From positions 7,750,001 to 7,814,000 of the forward strand of contig CM059453.1 of assembly GCA_030390025.1 (NCBI GenBank): 64,000 nt of DNA, read 5' to 3'. A program made the translations under genes and the position numbers. This stretch comes from Squalus acanthias. Its lineage: Eukaryota. Below the pieces are notes generated by a model. It was not told the origin of the DNA. It worked only from the letters and a program-made list of their open reading frames with translations, and searched no databases. Shown here piece after piece: positions 35,001 to 47,042 of this stretch. The first letter of the stretch is position 1. Every line of letters starts with the position of its first letter.

Positions 35001-37559
35001 GAGTATAGGCCCAATCTACTCCATCTCTTCTCATAGGACAACCCTCTCATCACACATGTTGCTCCAGGAAATATATGGATTAATTGACTGCTCATTGGCT
35101 CGATGCAATTTCATACCTGAGTTATTGCCTTGCTAGAAATTAGGGGAAAGGAAAGTCTGATGAAGCATTAAATGAATGCAACATTAACTGGTTCTAATCA
35201 AACTCGTTATGTGCAGTTACCTCTCTGCTTAATCTAAACGCCGAAATTGGTTCTATTTAGACACTGCAAACTGCTGTATGGAAACTATCTCAAGCTGGCT
35301 TCTCTTTTTTCAGATAAACCCACAATAGTATCAGGCCCGACCTGCACCAGCTCTGAGGGTGGGGTTTATTGTACCTGCAGTATCAGAGCCAACCCCCCAG
35401 CAAACATCACCTGGGGCATCAATGGGAGAAACATCACTGCGAACAGTTCAGATATCAATATCCTCTCCTCGGGGTTGAAAAGTCACCTGGTGAAGAGCTC
35501 CCTGACACTGACTCAACCAACTGCAACTGAACGCCTGATCTCATGTTTTGGAGTGAACGAGCATGGCGTTACTGTCGGAAAATACCAGCTCCAATCTGGA
35601 GGTATATATTGCATTTTCCTGTAATTTAATTACTGCGAATGTTTCTGTCCATCACCTGTCAGTGACTAACTCAACGGTGTTAGTGTCAGCATGTTCCAGT
35701 TCCACTGAGCTGAAATATCATTCTTATCTGCAAAGTAGGACTGAATCCAATTTTAATTTCAGTAGTGTTTGGGACTGGTTCATGACTGAGCGCTACCTCA
35801 CTGAAAGTTAGGATGGGAATAATTCATGTAAAGTTTAGAGTCTGGTATCTGAATTTGATTATTGTCGCCTTGTTTTTGTGAAGATAGGAGGGTTAAGATA
35901 AAACACTAGTAGCAGCGTGTGATCTTTCATAAAATAAACCCTTCTGACTTAGTGACACACTCGATGAAATCATGTTTCCTCTCATTGTAACGGTAGTGGG
36001 GTACAGTCGATCAGTTCAACATATTTTCACAGATATTTCAGCCGACTGCCGGTTTTGTTATGCTGACGATATTCTGAAAGAACTATACAGTGCGATAACA
36101 CTGACAATGGAGCCAGGAGAACTTCGATAACTGAAAGAGCCGGTTATAGACTGAATTAACTTATCGGATAGCAAGCGAGCAGATCCGAGTATGCGGCGTG
36201 GATTGATGCAGTCTCTCAGGGAGACTGCGTTATTTAATGGTTTGAAGAAGAGCAGGGGAGTTCTGTCTGGTGCCCTGGCCAATATTTATCCCTAAACCAA
36301 TAACACCGAAACAGTTTTATCTGCTGATTTACTTTATGGCTGTTTCTGGGATCTTGCTGCGCGCAATTTTGCGGCCACGTTCCCTATATTACAACGGTGA
36401 CGACACTTCAAAAGTACTTCATTGGCTGTAAAGCGCTTTAGACGTCGGCAAAAGCGCTATGTAAAAACAAGTTCATTTTGTTCTTAACAGCTTCCCGTAC
36501 ATGCTGTTAAATGTTATGTTGAATCTTGGTATAATCTTAGAGCAATAATGAAGAGCACGATTTTTTTTTATATTTTAGGATCATTTTGGAGAATTGTCAT
36601 GCTAATCAGAGCCGCCGTCGCAGTTCTCATTCTGATTGGCATCATTGTCTTGGTGACGATAGAGATTGATTCACACAGGTATGGTTCATATTACTTATTC
36701 TCGTGCTTTAATAAGACAGATTTCAAAAGGACGTGACATCAGGATTTCAGCCCATGAGCAAATATTGCTTAATGTAATTAACCCCAGATATCATTGACCC
36801 TCAATCTCAGCTAAGAGTTGACAAGGGAATGCTTGCTGGACTTCAAGTGTCTTGTGAGGGGAAAGTAGGGGAATGTCAGAAGTTCAGCATCCCATGTCTG
36901 GTCTTTCACTTCCTAGTTCAAAGATTGTACATCAAGGGCCAGTCCAGAACTTGAGTGCAGAATCTAGTCTCTCACTTGAGTGGAGGCGTCGTATTTCATA
37001 CCAGACAATTTAAGCTGAACACGGTTTGGCAGCTCAAATCTCCCGTGGCCATATTGGCGGAGGACCTCATGACTCAGGAGGTCATAAAATGCTCCACAGC
37101 ACGATTGCTGGACACGAAAGGGCAAATTCCGGTGCATTTTTAAGACTTGGCTGAAATTGCAATGGTTATTCTGCACCAGTAGAATGCTCGCTTACCATCC
37201 ATAAAATGTTCAGTGAACACTGAATTTGTCCAAGCAGATCAAGATAGATTTAACCAGCTTCATCAGATAGAGAGAATGCTTTCTTTGGAATTAGGAAAGT
37301 GTAGAGATAGAAAAGAAACGGGTATTAAATCTGGTCGCAGCCAATCAGGAAACATTAACAAGGACGAGTTACTATAGTGCGCCCCCTGTGGTTCAACACA
37401 GGGACACTGGGTGTTGTATTGAAGCGAATTATCTGTAATTAGGAGACGTGAATCATTTGTATTTTCTGTTTCAGGAAGAAGGTAAATATCCCTGTCGTGG
37501 TCTCTCCCACAGACACGGGTGCAGCGATTTACTGTGGGTTGCAGAACCCACTGAACTGA
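22972..37559 (+). CDS. Gene B: Siglec/MAG-like receptor, putative activating type (L-V-C2-C2-C2-TM[Arg]-short tail), 7 coding exons, 488 aa
   Basis: Exons 22972-23014, 23409-23789, 29088-29399, 30721-30978, 35314-35601, 36579-36678 and 37475-37559 join in frame with GT-AG sites (1467 nt including stop). Confidence 0.82.
23409..23789 (+). CDS. Gene B V-set Siglec-type Ig domain
   Basis: [28 protein letters not shown]...CSL, and F strand YYFK without Cys; AG/GT phase 1-1. Confidence 0.92.
24030..24745 (+). mobile_element. Non-LTR retrotransposon 3' fragment (second CR1/L2-group family)
   Basis: [11 protein letters not shown]...[17 protein letters not shown]; the same insertion is in gene C at ~48060-48770. 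Confidence 0.85.
26849..27997 (+). mobile_element. 5'-truncated Penelope-like element (Zn-finger linker + GIY-YIG endonuclease)
   Basis: Open frame 26851-27573 ...[10 protein letters not shown]...NVVYLIRC...WYIGET...RMNEHR...GLNRD; tatc duplicated on both sides within CR1 ORF2. Confidence 0.92.
27908..27945 (+). ncRNA. Minimal type I hammerhead ribozyme of the Penelope element
   Basis: tcac-CTGAGGA-a-ggagc/gata/gttcc-GAAA-gc-TT-gtga: catalytic core, stems I and II, palindromic AAGCTT in place of stem III. Confidence 0.8.
29088..29399 (+). CDS. Gene B Ig domain 2 (C2-set, with extra Cys in HSCP)
   Basis: DKPRLSV...[11 protein letters not shown]...W...DHGKMLGC...LTLDVK; phase 1-1. Confidence 0.92.
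29690..30356 (-). mobile_element. CR1-like LINE 3' fragment (shared with gene C ~49605-50285)
   Basis: Minus ORF ...[17 protein letters not shown]. Confidence 0.88.
30721..30978 (+). CDS. Gene B Ig domain 3
   Basis: YGPQKP...[13 protein letters not shown]...[15 protein letters not shown]; CAG acceptor, GTAAGT donor. Confidence 0.92.
31293..32330 (-). mobile_element. CR1-like LINE 3' fragment, gene B-specific
   Basis: Minus ORF ...[13 protein letters not shown]...; absent from the gene C intron. Confidence 0.88.
32488..35050 (-). mobile_element. Nested CR1 fragments, including an ORF1 (SGNH esterase) remnant at ~33620-34580
   Basis: [11 protein letters not shown]...[11 protein letters not shown] esterase blocks; the outer fragment is uninterrupted in gene C (~51388-51845). 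Confidence 0.82.
35314..35601 (+). CDS. Gene B membrane-proximal Ig domain (C-x8-C-x-C, MAG domain-5-like)
   Basis: [33 protein letters not shown]...SSLTL...SCFGVNEHG; phase 1-1. Confidence 0.9.
36240..36480 (+). mobile_element. DeuSINE/SacSINE1-like 3' fragment
   Basis: Similar to the reverse complement of 165-400. Confidence 0.65.
36579..36678 (+). CDS. Gene B transmembrane exon with Arg ([34 protein letters not shown])
   Basis: TAG acceptor, AG|GTATGG phase-2 donor; Arg codon at 36608-36610. Confidence 0.88.
37475..37559 (+). CDS. Gene B cytoplasmic exon ending in stop ([27 protein letters not shown])
   Basis: CAG acceptor; TGA at 37557-37559, one base before a GTAAGT donor; homologous to 3629-3716 and 60641-60728. 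Confidence 0.75.
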
Positions 37560-38551
37560 GGTAAGTGAGGAGATGGAATGTTGAGAACATTGTCTGGGAT
37601 CACATTACAGACACATCCAAGGGTTAAACAGATGTTATAGGAACTGGTTTGACCGTGTTCTTAAAGTGTGGAATAGCCTCCTCAACCCATGAACAGGGAA
37701 ATGTTGCAGTGGCAATTGTGTGCATTGATCGGGCAAATGGGATCATGGACATTTTCTCAGCTCTTGACTTATTTTGAAATGAGTCGGTCTAAAATAACAC
37801 CTTCACAATGTCATTAGACACATTACCCAGAGTAATGAATACTCCCCGACTATATTATCTCTTGCGGTTAAAATTCTAAACACATAGTGTGAGGCCAGAG
37901 CAGGGCCAAATCGCATCGCATTTCTCCAGCCTATTTTGTGAATATTCCGCCATGTGTCTTGGTGTCAGTTTGGCTGATTTGGTAGCGTGCACTCTCTGAG
38001 GCTGAAGGTTGTGGGTTACAACCTCACGTCAGGATTTGAGCCTTTGTCGTACTCCGGGCATGTCGCATTGTTGGAGCTGCGGCATTTCCGATATAGCGAG
38101 GCTTTGGCTCCAGCTCGATGTTCTCAACGTCATGCACTGTGAGAAGGAGAGGACAGACACCTCCACACAACTTATTCCCAGACCCAGGCTGCCTGTTCTA
38201 TTGGTTCAGGTGGATGTGAGAAATCTCATGCACTAATGCAAGAAGAATAGGGATTGCACCACACGTGTTGGTTAGAACTCCTCCAAAGCCAGCAAATTGT
38301 GACTGCTTGGCCATTGATCTCATTTGCTGTTTGCATTCGCTTGTTGTAAGCAGGTTTACTGTAACACGTCCATTGTAATGCATTGGGTACAAGGTGTTGC
38401 TGTCCTGATAATTCGCCGGATGAAAACCTATAACTATTTAAGATATCTGATGGTTTTTCTTTACCCAGGGGCTCATCGACACGTGTAATACGTTATCGGC
38501 TCTTGTGATGAGTGTGAATTCGCTGCAACAATTCAAAAAGAAACTGGACCA

Positions 38552-39000
38552 ACATAAGAACATAAGAAACAGCGGCAGGAATAGACCAGTTGGCCCCTCG
38601 AGCCTGCTCCGACATTCAATAAGATCATGGCTGATCTTGGGCTCAAAGCCACTTCCCCACCCGTTCCCCATAACCCTTCAATCCCTTATCTTGCAAAAAT
38701 CTGTCTATCTCCACATTAAATGTATTTATTGACCCAGCCTCCACAGCTCTCTGGGGCAGAGAATTCCACAGATTTACGACCCTCTGAGAGAAGAAATTCC
38801 TCCTCATCTCAGTTCTAAAAGGGCGACCCTTTATTCTGAAACTATGCCCCCGAGTTCCAGATTTCCCCACGACGGGAGACATCCTCTCTGCATCTACCTT
38901 GTCGAGCCCCCCCGGTATCTTATATGTTTCAATAAGATCACCTCTCATTCTTCTAAACTCCAATGAGTATAGGCCCAACCTGCTCAACCTTTCTTCATTA
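38552..39000 (-). mobile_element. CR1/HER1-like 3' fragment
   Basis: [20 protein letters not shown]...; aacataagaacataag tail. Confidence 0.9.
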
Positions 39001-39455
39001 GTCATGAGGACGAATTCCTTCCTTGGGCTGATATCAGTGTATGCAAATCTTAGGTGGGATGTTGGGTGATCTACCTCAAGGACACTGTTATCCCCTTGGA
39101 ACTCGTTTTGTTCATCTTCGGGGTCGGAGAAAAATTTTGCAGATTCCTGAATTGGCCGAGTGCTATTTACATATTTTTGACTCCCGCGAGAGGTTGCCTG
39201 GTGGTGAGAGGGAATACTGCCGTCATGATGCATTGTTGCATACTGACTGTTTTGGAGAGGCTCGATGAAACTGTCGATTATTTCCTGTTCGTCTTTTCAC
39301 ACGACTGTATGTTCCAAAGCTCAGAATGTGTCCCTCACTGAGTGAGAACAATGGAAAATGAACAGAGAAGCGAGAACGTTGGTTATTCTGGTACAGGAAT
39401 CGCCCTCATACCCGTATCTCTTGCTCCCTATCTAACCCACTCCTTTCTGTTACAG

Positions 39456-39623
39456 AGCCAAGACCAGGATCGAAATATTGCTATCAGATGATCTACATCC
39501 AACAATCAGCGCAAAGTGTAGAGGGTCTGCACGCAATCGGTGAATTTTTGAAGTCTTCAAAAACATAAAAGATATCTCCAGAATGAGTAGTCCAGTGAAT
39601 ACACCGCGATTAATTTTAAATCA
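39456..39623 (+). pseudogene. Decayed ITIM exon of gene B (probably now 3' UTR)
   Basis: Aligns to 5016-5183 but has several stops and indels; ITIM Tyr is His (ctg cac gca); acceptor intact. Confidence 0.8.
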
Positions 39624-40239
39624 AATCCAGTGGGATTTAATCCATTTGGACTGATGGAGTTCATCAATATCTCAACACAACTGGTTCATCAGATAGAAAA
39701 GAATCTCACATTCCAGGGATTGCTGTGAAAATGAGCATGTTTCGCTGATTAATTGTTATCATTTTTCAATTCTGCTTGTTGCTTTTTAAATTAACAATCC
39801 CACACATGTTTTCATTCAAACCACATTTCTGAAATGCTGTGGGCTTTAAAGGTCAGAGTAACTTTGTAACAGTTTCTGATGTGCTTTAATAGAATAGCAG
39901 TCTTCATGAGCAATGTTAACAGTGTTTCCATTGCAGAGCTCCCTCTGTTACATTCATAGACAACCATGTCGGTCAACGACGAACCTCTCTATTGTCAGCT
40001 GGATTAGTTTGTCAGCCTCTGCCAGCCTAGTATAATAAACATTCACATCGCAGTATCAGTTCCCAGTAGTTTCCTTTACAAAACCCGGACTTTTATCAAC
40101 CTCTTGTCAATTCCAGAAGAGATATTCAGAATCAGGGTGCAATGTAAGCAAAATCATTATAAAGAATGGATCTGGGTATTTTGTCAAGTATTGCAGCACG
40201 CATTAGATTCCGCTCGTTATTAAACTGTACAGAAAATCA

Positions 40240-40601
40240 GAACATAAGAAAAAGGAGCAGGAGTCGGCCATTCGGCCCCTCGAGCCTGCTCCGCCATTCA
40301 ATAAGATCATAGTTGATCTGATCTTGGTCTCAACTCCACTTTCCTCTCCGCTCTCCATAACCTTTGACTCCCTGATAGTTCAACAATCGGTCTATTTCCA
40401 CCTTAAATATATTCAATGACTCCGCCTACATAGCTCTCTGGGGAAGAGAATTTCAAGATTCACGACCCTGTAAGAGAATAAATTCCTCCTCATCTACGTT
40501 TTAAATGTGCGACATATTATTCTGAATCTATGCCCCCTAGGTCTAGATTATACCTCGAGGGGAACCATCCTCTCTGCTTCTACCCTGACAAGCCCCCTCA
40601 G
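40240..40601 (-). mobile_element. CR1/HER1-like 3' fragment
   Basis: agaacataagaa...ggagcaggagtcggccattcggcccctcgagcc tail. Confidence 0.82.
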
Positions 40602-41964
40602 ACAATTGATTCTTGCTCAAAAATGCTGGGGACAGTGTTAGAAGAGGATCACGATGTAACGCATAATTTGTCATTGTTTAGTGTATCCAATGCTTTATTA
40701 AAAACTCATAAATCATTTACCTTTTTATCCGTTACTTGAGCTCAGTGGAGCTGAGAGTGGAAAACTTGACATACATTCAAAATAAGCATCAACCTTTCCC
40801 CGGTCAGGCACAGTGCAGTCAATTGTACGAATAGTCTCCTGTTAAGGCTTCTGTACAGCAACTGCAAATCATCCCCTTTTATCTGTTTGTGGTGCTGACA
40901 GTGTAAATATTTCTGGGGGATTCCATTTAGTTAGTGACATTGGAAATGCAAATCGGTAACACTTCCCTTCTTCAGTATCTCCACTGAAATCGCAAACATT
41001 CCCTGGGTGTTATGTTTGCAATTGAAATAAACCTTACATTGAGGGTCACACTGTCACTAAAACACAGCCTCCGGAGGAATATTCCTGCAATCTTCTTCAT
41101 CTGAGTCTCTACTTCAGTTCAAGAGAGGCCAAACGAAAAACTAAGATATAAAATATGTTATAATAATAGGACTCTGGTGATATCTGCCTCTTTCTCAGTG
41201 CTGCAATATCAGCTCACTTTTCGCTATTGTCTGTCAGGTCAGTGGTACTTAGCATATATATTAGATTATGTATTTACTCTGTTGTAGATTAGAACAATAA
41301 GTCGGCTAGATTTCGGAGCATGGATATATGAGCGGATACCAAACCAGCATCCACAGCTCCCAGTGCGGGATACAATGAGCAATCGTCATCTCCCCACCGT
41401 TATCAATTAGTCAACAATAATGTGAGATTCAATGGATGAGACTCTGGGCTTCAGGGATAATCAATGTCTGCTCCCACTGTACGACACATTAGGTACATTA
41501 CACATCGCCACAGGTAGTCCATTCAGACCACCCACTCTGAGATACAATGTGTGATCCAGGTGCCATCAGGAAAGTTCATTTGATAGTCCCATCTGCAATA
41601 TTCAATGGGAAATTTACATGTGTCCATTGCCAATCCACTAACCACCGCCAATGTGAGATATATTGGGTGAGGTAAAACCTCTTATGAAAATCAACCTTAA
41701 CATAGTGCCTGGAAGTACAAAACGTCGTGATGCACTTACAAAGTTTATAGCAAGAGAAGTACATTCCAAGACAGTGGAGACATTTTAAGAGATTTAGAGA
41801 GAGAGTAAATTGAAGGCTAGGACAAAAAGATGGCGTTGAAGGATGATAGAGACATAGAGAGGGGATCTGGATATAATGGGCTTTTCCACAAGGCCTAGGC
41901 AACAGTAAGTCCTGGGAAACAATGGTGGGATGCATGCAATGGAGAAATGCACAGGACGCCACAT

Positions 41965-42395
41965 TTTCTTTTATTGATTCATGAGATGTGGGCGTCGCTG
42001 ACAAGGCCAGGATTGATTGCCCACCCCTAATTACCCTTGAGAAGGTGGTGCTGAGCCGCCCACTTGAACTGCTGCAGTCCGTACTGTGAAGGCTCTCCCA
42101 CAGTGCTGTTAGGGAGGGAGTTCCAGGAATTTGACCCAACGACGATGAAGGAACGGCGATATAATTCCAATCAGGATGGTGTGTGAATTGGAGGGGACCT
42201 TGGAGGTTGTGGTGTTCCATTGCGCCTGCTGCCCTTGTCCTTCTTGGTGGAATGGGCCTCTGGTTTGGGAGGTGCTGCCAAAGAAGCCTTGGTGAGTTGC
42301 TGCAGTGCATCTTGTAGATGGTACACACTGCAGCCACGATACGCCGGTGGTGGAGGGAGTGAATGTTTAAGGTGCTGGATCGGGTGACGATCAAA
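41965..42395 (-). mobile_element. Second-family LINE 3' fragment (another copy at ~43750-44030, minus strand)
   Basis: [23 protein letters not shown]; reverse complement of the 24030-24745 family. Confidence 0.82.
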
Positions 42396-44932
42396 CATGC
42401 ATAACACTGAAAGGTGCTGGAAAGTAAATTTGGAAAAAATTGCAGAGTATAAACGGAGAATTGCTATGACATGGAGTGCACTGCCTGAAGCTGTGATAAT
42501 ATCAATTTCAATAGTAACTTTCTAAAGTGAACTGGAGTTATACTTTAAAAGGAATAATTTGCAGGGTAATGGAGAAAGAACAGGCTAGTGGGACTAATTG
42601 GATATCTCTTTCAAATAGCCGGCACAGGCACGTTGGGGTGAATAATTACTTTCTGTACTGTATTATTCTATGATTATACCAATAAACAATAGAACAGGAA
42701 TGTTGGAGAGGCGGGTCAGTAGGGTTTCCTGAAACTCAGTGCAAAAATCAACAGTAACTTATTTGCCATCACAGTTTAACAGATTGCAAGGTTCCAATTC
42801 AATTTAAAAACCACGTTGATTTCCATGAAATCACTCTGTGTTCCAAGCATCAAACAGAATAATTTGCATGAAATGTCGCAACGAGTCACCTAAGTAAAAC
42901 GCCACACTTGACTATAATTCAACTTAATACACCCAGACTCTGTGTGCCAGTAAGAGCAGAGTGTCTTAACAAGAGGAATGTAGCAAGCTTAAAACTTGTT
43001 CCGGATGCGTTTAGCTTGGATAACAGAAGATTCATGGGCCTGATCTACAAAGTGATTTAAATGGCAGCTCGAGCGCTTCCTTCTATTGAGAGGATGTGTG
43101 GAAATCGACCAGATCACAATACGTGTCACATCTGTTGGACAATGGTGGAAAGTGCATTGCATCAGGAAGAAGACATTATCCGGCCACAGCTGCTTCGTTC
43201 TGCACACGCTGTAACAACTTTCGATAGTCCATGTTGGGGAGGGTGAGGTGGACTCGGAGTTTATCTTGGCATGATACAGGATGTCTGCCTCAGTTGGGCT
43301 CAAATGTCTCTGATGATATAGTGACAAATAGCCCATGTAATACCGGCGGTCGGCCACTATGTGGCGCTGTTGGATTTAGACGCTTTTCTCAATCACACTG
43401 AGCACAAGGAACAAACATGATTTCAGGCTGCAGAAGGAATCAGAGAAATTGCAACAAATAGCAATTCAAAATGCAATTGCAGATATTCCCGCACTCGGAA
43501 AATCCAAGGAGAAATTCAGCAATTAGTATTTCGCCATCCCAGCTAACCTGGACCAGGCACTTAAAGATCAATCAGTGCTCCCGATCTGGTCTAAAACCAC
43601 ACAGTAATTCTTTGTTAGACTTGCAAGTTAAAAATGGGCAATTGTTTGAGGTACTGGCGGGAATGTATTTTAATAATAGACAAGCATTTCACAACAGGGG
43701 CAAAATTGTAACATGGGAGAGGAGTGGAAAAATACAGGGGCATAATTTTTAATTCATTCTTGGGATGTGGGCGTCGCTGGCATGGCCTCGTTTATTGCTC
43801 ATTCCTAGTTGCCCTTGAGAAGGTGGTGATGGGCCTTCTTCTTGAAACGCTGCAGTCTGTGTGGCGAAGCTGCTCCCACATTGCTGTTAGGGAGGGAGTT
43901 CCAGGATTTTGACCCAGCGATGTTGAAGTGATGGTCGTATATTTCCAAGTCAGGGTTGTGACTTGGAGGGGAAATTGGAGGTGATGGATTGCCCATGCAC
44001 CTATTGTCCTGATATAGAGGCAGTGACATCTTCCTTGTATCTTACATTCTGATTTTAGGGATAAATGCGCAATCCCATTCTCCAAGCAGTGGGCCGAACA
44101 TGCAGAGATGGTTGTTCAGAGAATCGCGCTCAGTGTTGCAGCCTATCTCCGACCCGTGCTTCCTGTAATTCACTGTCAACTCTGAGCTCTCACTTTGCAG
44201 TACAGTTTAAACACTGATGTGCAAACACAACAAGTCCTTTCAAGCTGCAGCATTGAGTCTAAGACGGATGGTGCCTGAGCACAGATAAACTCATTCTGGT
44301 TCAATTGTCCAGAATGATTCAAACCCAAGAACGTCACAGATAGCAGCGGGCTGACGGCTGTAGTAACCACATACAGGGGCTCTAAATAGAACCCAGCACT
44401 TCACACCTCCGCTTTGGTGCTTTTCTGACACACGGTGTAAATAAACCCACCTCGGAGCAGCCACACTGAATGAGGCACAGAGCAAGCTCCATAGGAACAT
44501 TCTGTGTTAAACCCAAAGTGTGCCCCGAAGTTGACCACACCTCACATCACCTGACATTCTCAAAGTAAACTGGGCCTTGTGTGGAGCATAATTGAGCAGA
44601 GTGCATTGCACAAACCTCCACTCTGGGATTGACCAGACATACGGCATCACTTGTTGTTAATGCGAAACTGGGCCTTGGAGCTGAACACATCTCCCTAAAT
44701 GAGTCCCTGAAACCCAACTGGGACCTGGATCTGTAAAGACATTTCTAATCTAGACAGTCAAACCAAGCAGACGCCTGGATTGAACACACATTCAAAAAAA
44801 TAGTCAAGAAAGAAACAAAAGAAAAAAAAGAAAAAAACAATTTCAGTCCTCAATCTGAACACACATTCATAAATGTGTCCAGAAAACCCAACTGGTCTCT
44901 GGGCCTGAACATATATTTTTATACTGGTCACT

Positions 44933-45150
44933 AAAGCCAAGCTGTGACCTGGGTCTGAAAACACATCCCTAAACTAGTCAGTAAAGCCAAGCTGAGACCT
45001 GGGTCTGAACACACATCCCTAAACTAGTCAGTAAAGCCAAGCTGAGACCTGGGTCTGAACACACATCCCTAAACTAGTCAGTAAAGCCAAGCTGAGACCT
45101 GGGTCTTAACATACACCCCTAAACTAGTCAGTCAAACCAAACTGGGCCCG
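44933..45150. repeat. 50-bp minisatellite, 4 near-perfect units plus degenerate flanking units (~44665-45350)
   Basis: aaagccaagctgagacctgggtctgaacacacatccctaaactagtcagt starting at 44933, 44983, 45033 and 45083. Confidence 0.92.
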
Positions 45151-46999
45151 CAAACTGGATAGAAAAACAAACAAAATGTGCCCTGGATCTGAACCCAAGC
45201 CCACCAACACACACACAATGCAACGGGTGTCCCCACTTATGATTTTATCATCTTATTTGTTTAACAAGAAAAACTGGGCCCTGGAACTGAACTCACATCC
45301 CTAAACTAGCCTGTAAATCCAAAGTGTGACATGGTTCTTAGCACGCATTCCCTGTCTCCCTCTTTCTCTGTCATATTCTCTCTCACAGGCTTTCTCTCTC
45401 TCACTCTTTATTCTGTAGAAAACCTAATAGGTACCATGAAAATTTGATCTTAAGAAGCTGAGATTCTTGAAGTAAATAGTGGCCTAATATTTATGTTATT
45501 AAATAGAGTGCAAGAACTCTATTTAATAGTTACAGCAACAGGTGGTACTAGGAAGTTACCAGGTGCAGCAAGAACTATGAGAGTAATTATCTGGGGTAGA
45601 ATTTGACATTGTCAGTGGCATAAAGAAATTAAGGGAACTGCTTAACTCAACAACAGGGTGGTGCTTAAGAAAACCAGCAAAAAGAACATAGAATACCTTC
45701 AAGGAGATAATAAAGATAAATACATAACAAGAAATAGAAAATGCAGACTATTAATACAGTGTGAATGAAATCAGTGCAATGTGGAATATCTTAGGTGTTG
45801 GTGGATGTAGGTTTGGGCGGAGAGGTGGGGGGTGGATATTATTCCTGAGTCAGCAGAAAAATAAACAATTTGCTCAGGAAAATGTAACGGTTTTCAGATT
45901 TAGAATTGTGAAAAAGGAAAAGAGTGAGTTGTTCAAACTGCACGAGGCTCATCCGAGGTGCTTTACTGAGATCTATAAGGTAATGTAGCGATTGATCACT
46001 GACCTCTGCATGGCAGCAGTGATACGGTCCTCTTATCTTCCAACTAATCTGAACTGATTCTGCTTCTTAATCAGATGCGAAATGCATCCAGTTTGAAGCT
46101 GGACTGTGTGCGAATGAGGTTCCCGATTGTATCCAGGATTTGATCCCACTGATCAATTTGTAGGGATTTGTTCCCGTAGATAAACATATCCACCTTGTTT
46201 CCAGCAGCACTGACCCTCCAATCTGAATGCTCTCGTCACACCTCACAGTTCTAGCACTGAAGTCAGAATCTTCATAAACCCGTCATTGTAGCAACTCGGA
46301 TCTCAATGAGTTAATTTCAGCAGATTTCATCTCGCTGGACTGTTAATATAACCAGCTGAAGTCATTTCTAAAAATGGCAGTTTACGCTCTTGAAACTGTT
46401 TTCTGAGAAACACTTGAACTTTTGACATTTCAGATACGTGTTGTGCCCCGGAACTACTGAAGGTGCTCAACCCACACGTCTGTCGACAACGGCTACAGGA
46501 CTAACCACAGCTTCACACTTCAAACACTCGCAGTTCAAGGGCTGATAAATAGCTCAGTGTGTGGGAGTTGAGAGTCGAAGCGTCTAAAGTTGATGTAGAG
46601 GCTATTTTAGCTATTGCAATCTAAAGTGCCACCGCCTGTCCTGTACCTGTACAGATGATGAGGGGGCTGGGTTCATCTCTGCTCAGGGTTAATCAGAAGT
46701 AGCTGGGCCTCATCATATTCTGTAACTGAGGGCCAATCACTGATGCACACTGTCATATTTGAAGTGGCCCCAGATTTCCAGCAGTTTTGATCATCAGCAT
46801 TTCAGCAGTGGCGCAAGCTGTGTGAGCTACCGCGGGTTCCAATGATTGGTGGGGGGCGAACAGCTGACCTCCTAATACTCTAATTCGATTCGCGATGAAC
46901 TCTAGTCCATTACCGGCGAACGGAATCTAGAAACCTGATTAATTATATCTGTGATAAAAACAATTTCTGCCATTTTGACATCGTCAACCGCCTCCTGTC

Positions 47000-47042
47000 A
47001 TGAAGAGTATTAGATTGATCTCCATTCTGATATTTAGCGAAG
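47000..47042 (+). CDS. Gene C leader exon
   Basis: [14 protein letters not shown], phase 1. Confidence 0.82.

Noticed and set aside
41576-42394. 272-aa minus-strand ORF
   Set aside because: Starts in a LINE 3' fragment and reads through into unrelated sequence; chimeric chance ORF.
44933-45150. CRISPR-like array
   Set aside because: Head-to-tail units with no unique spacers, no cas genes, eukaryotic context.
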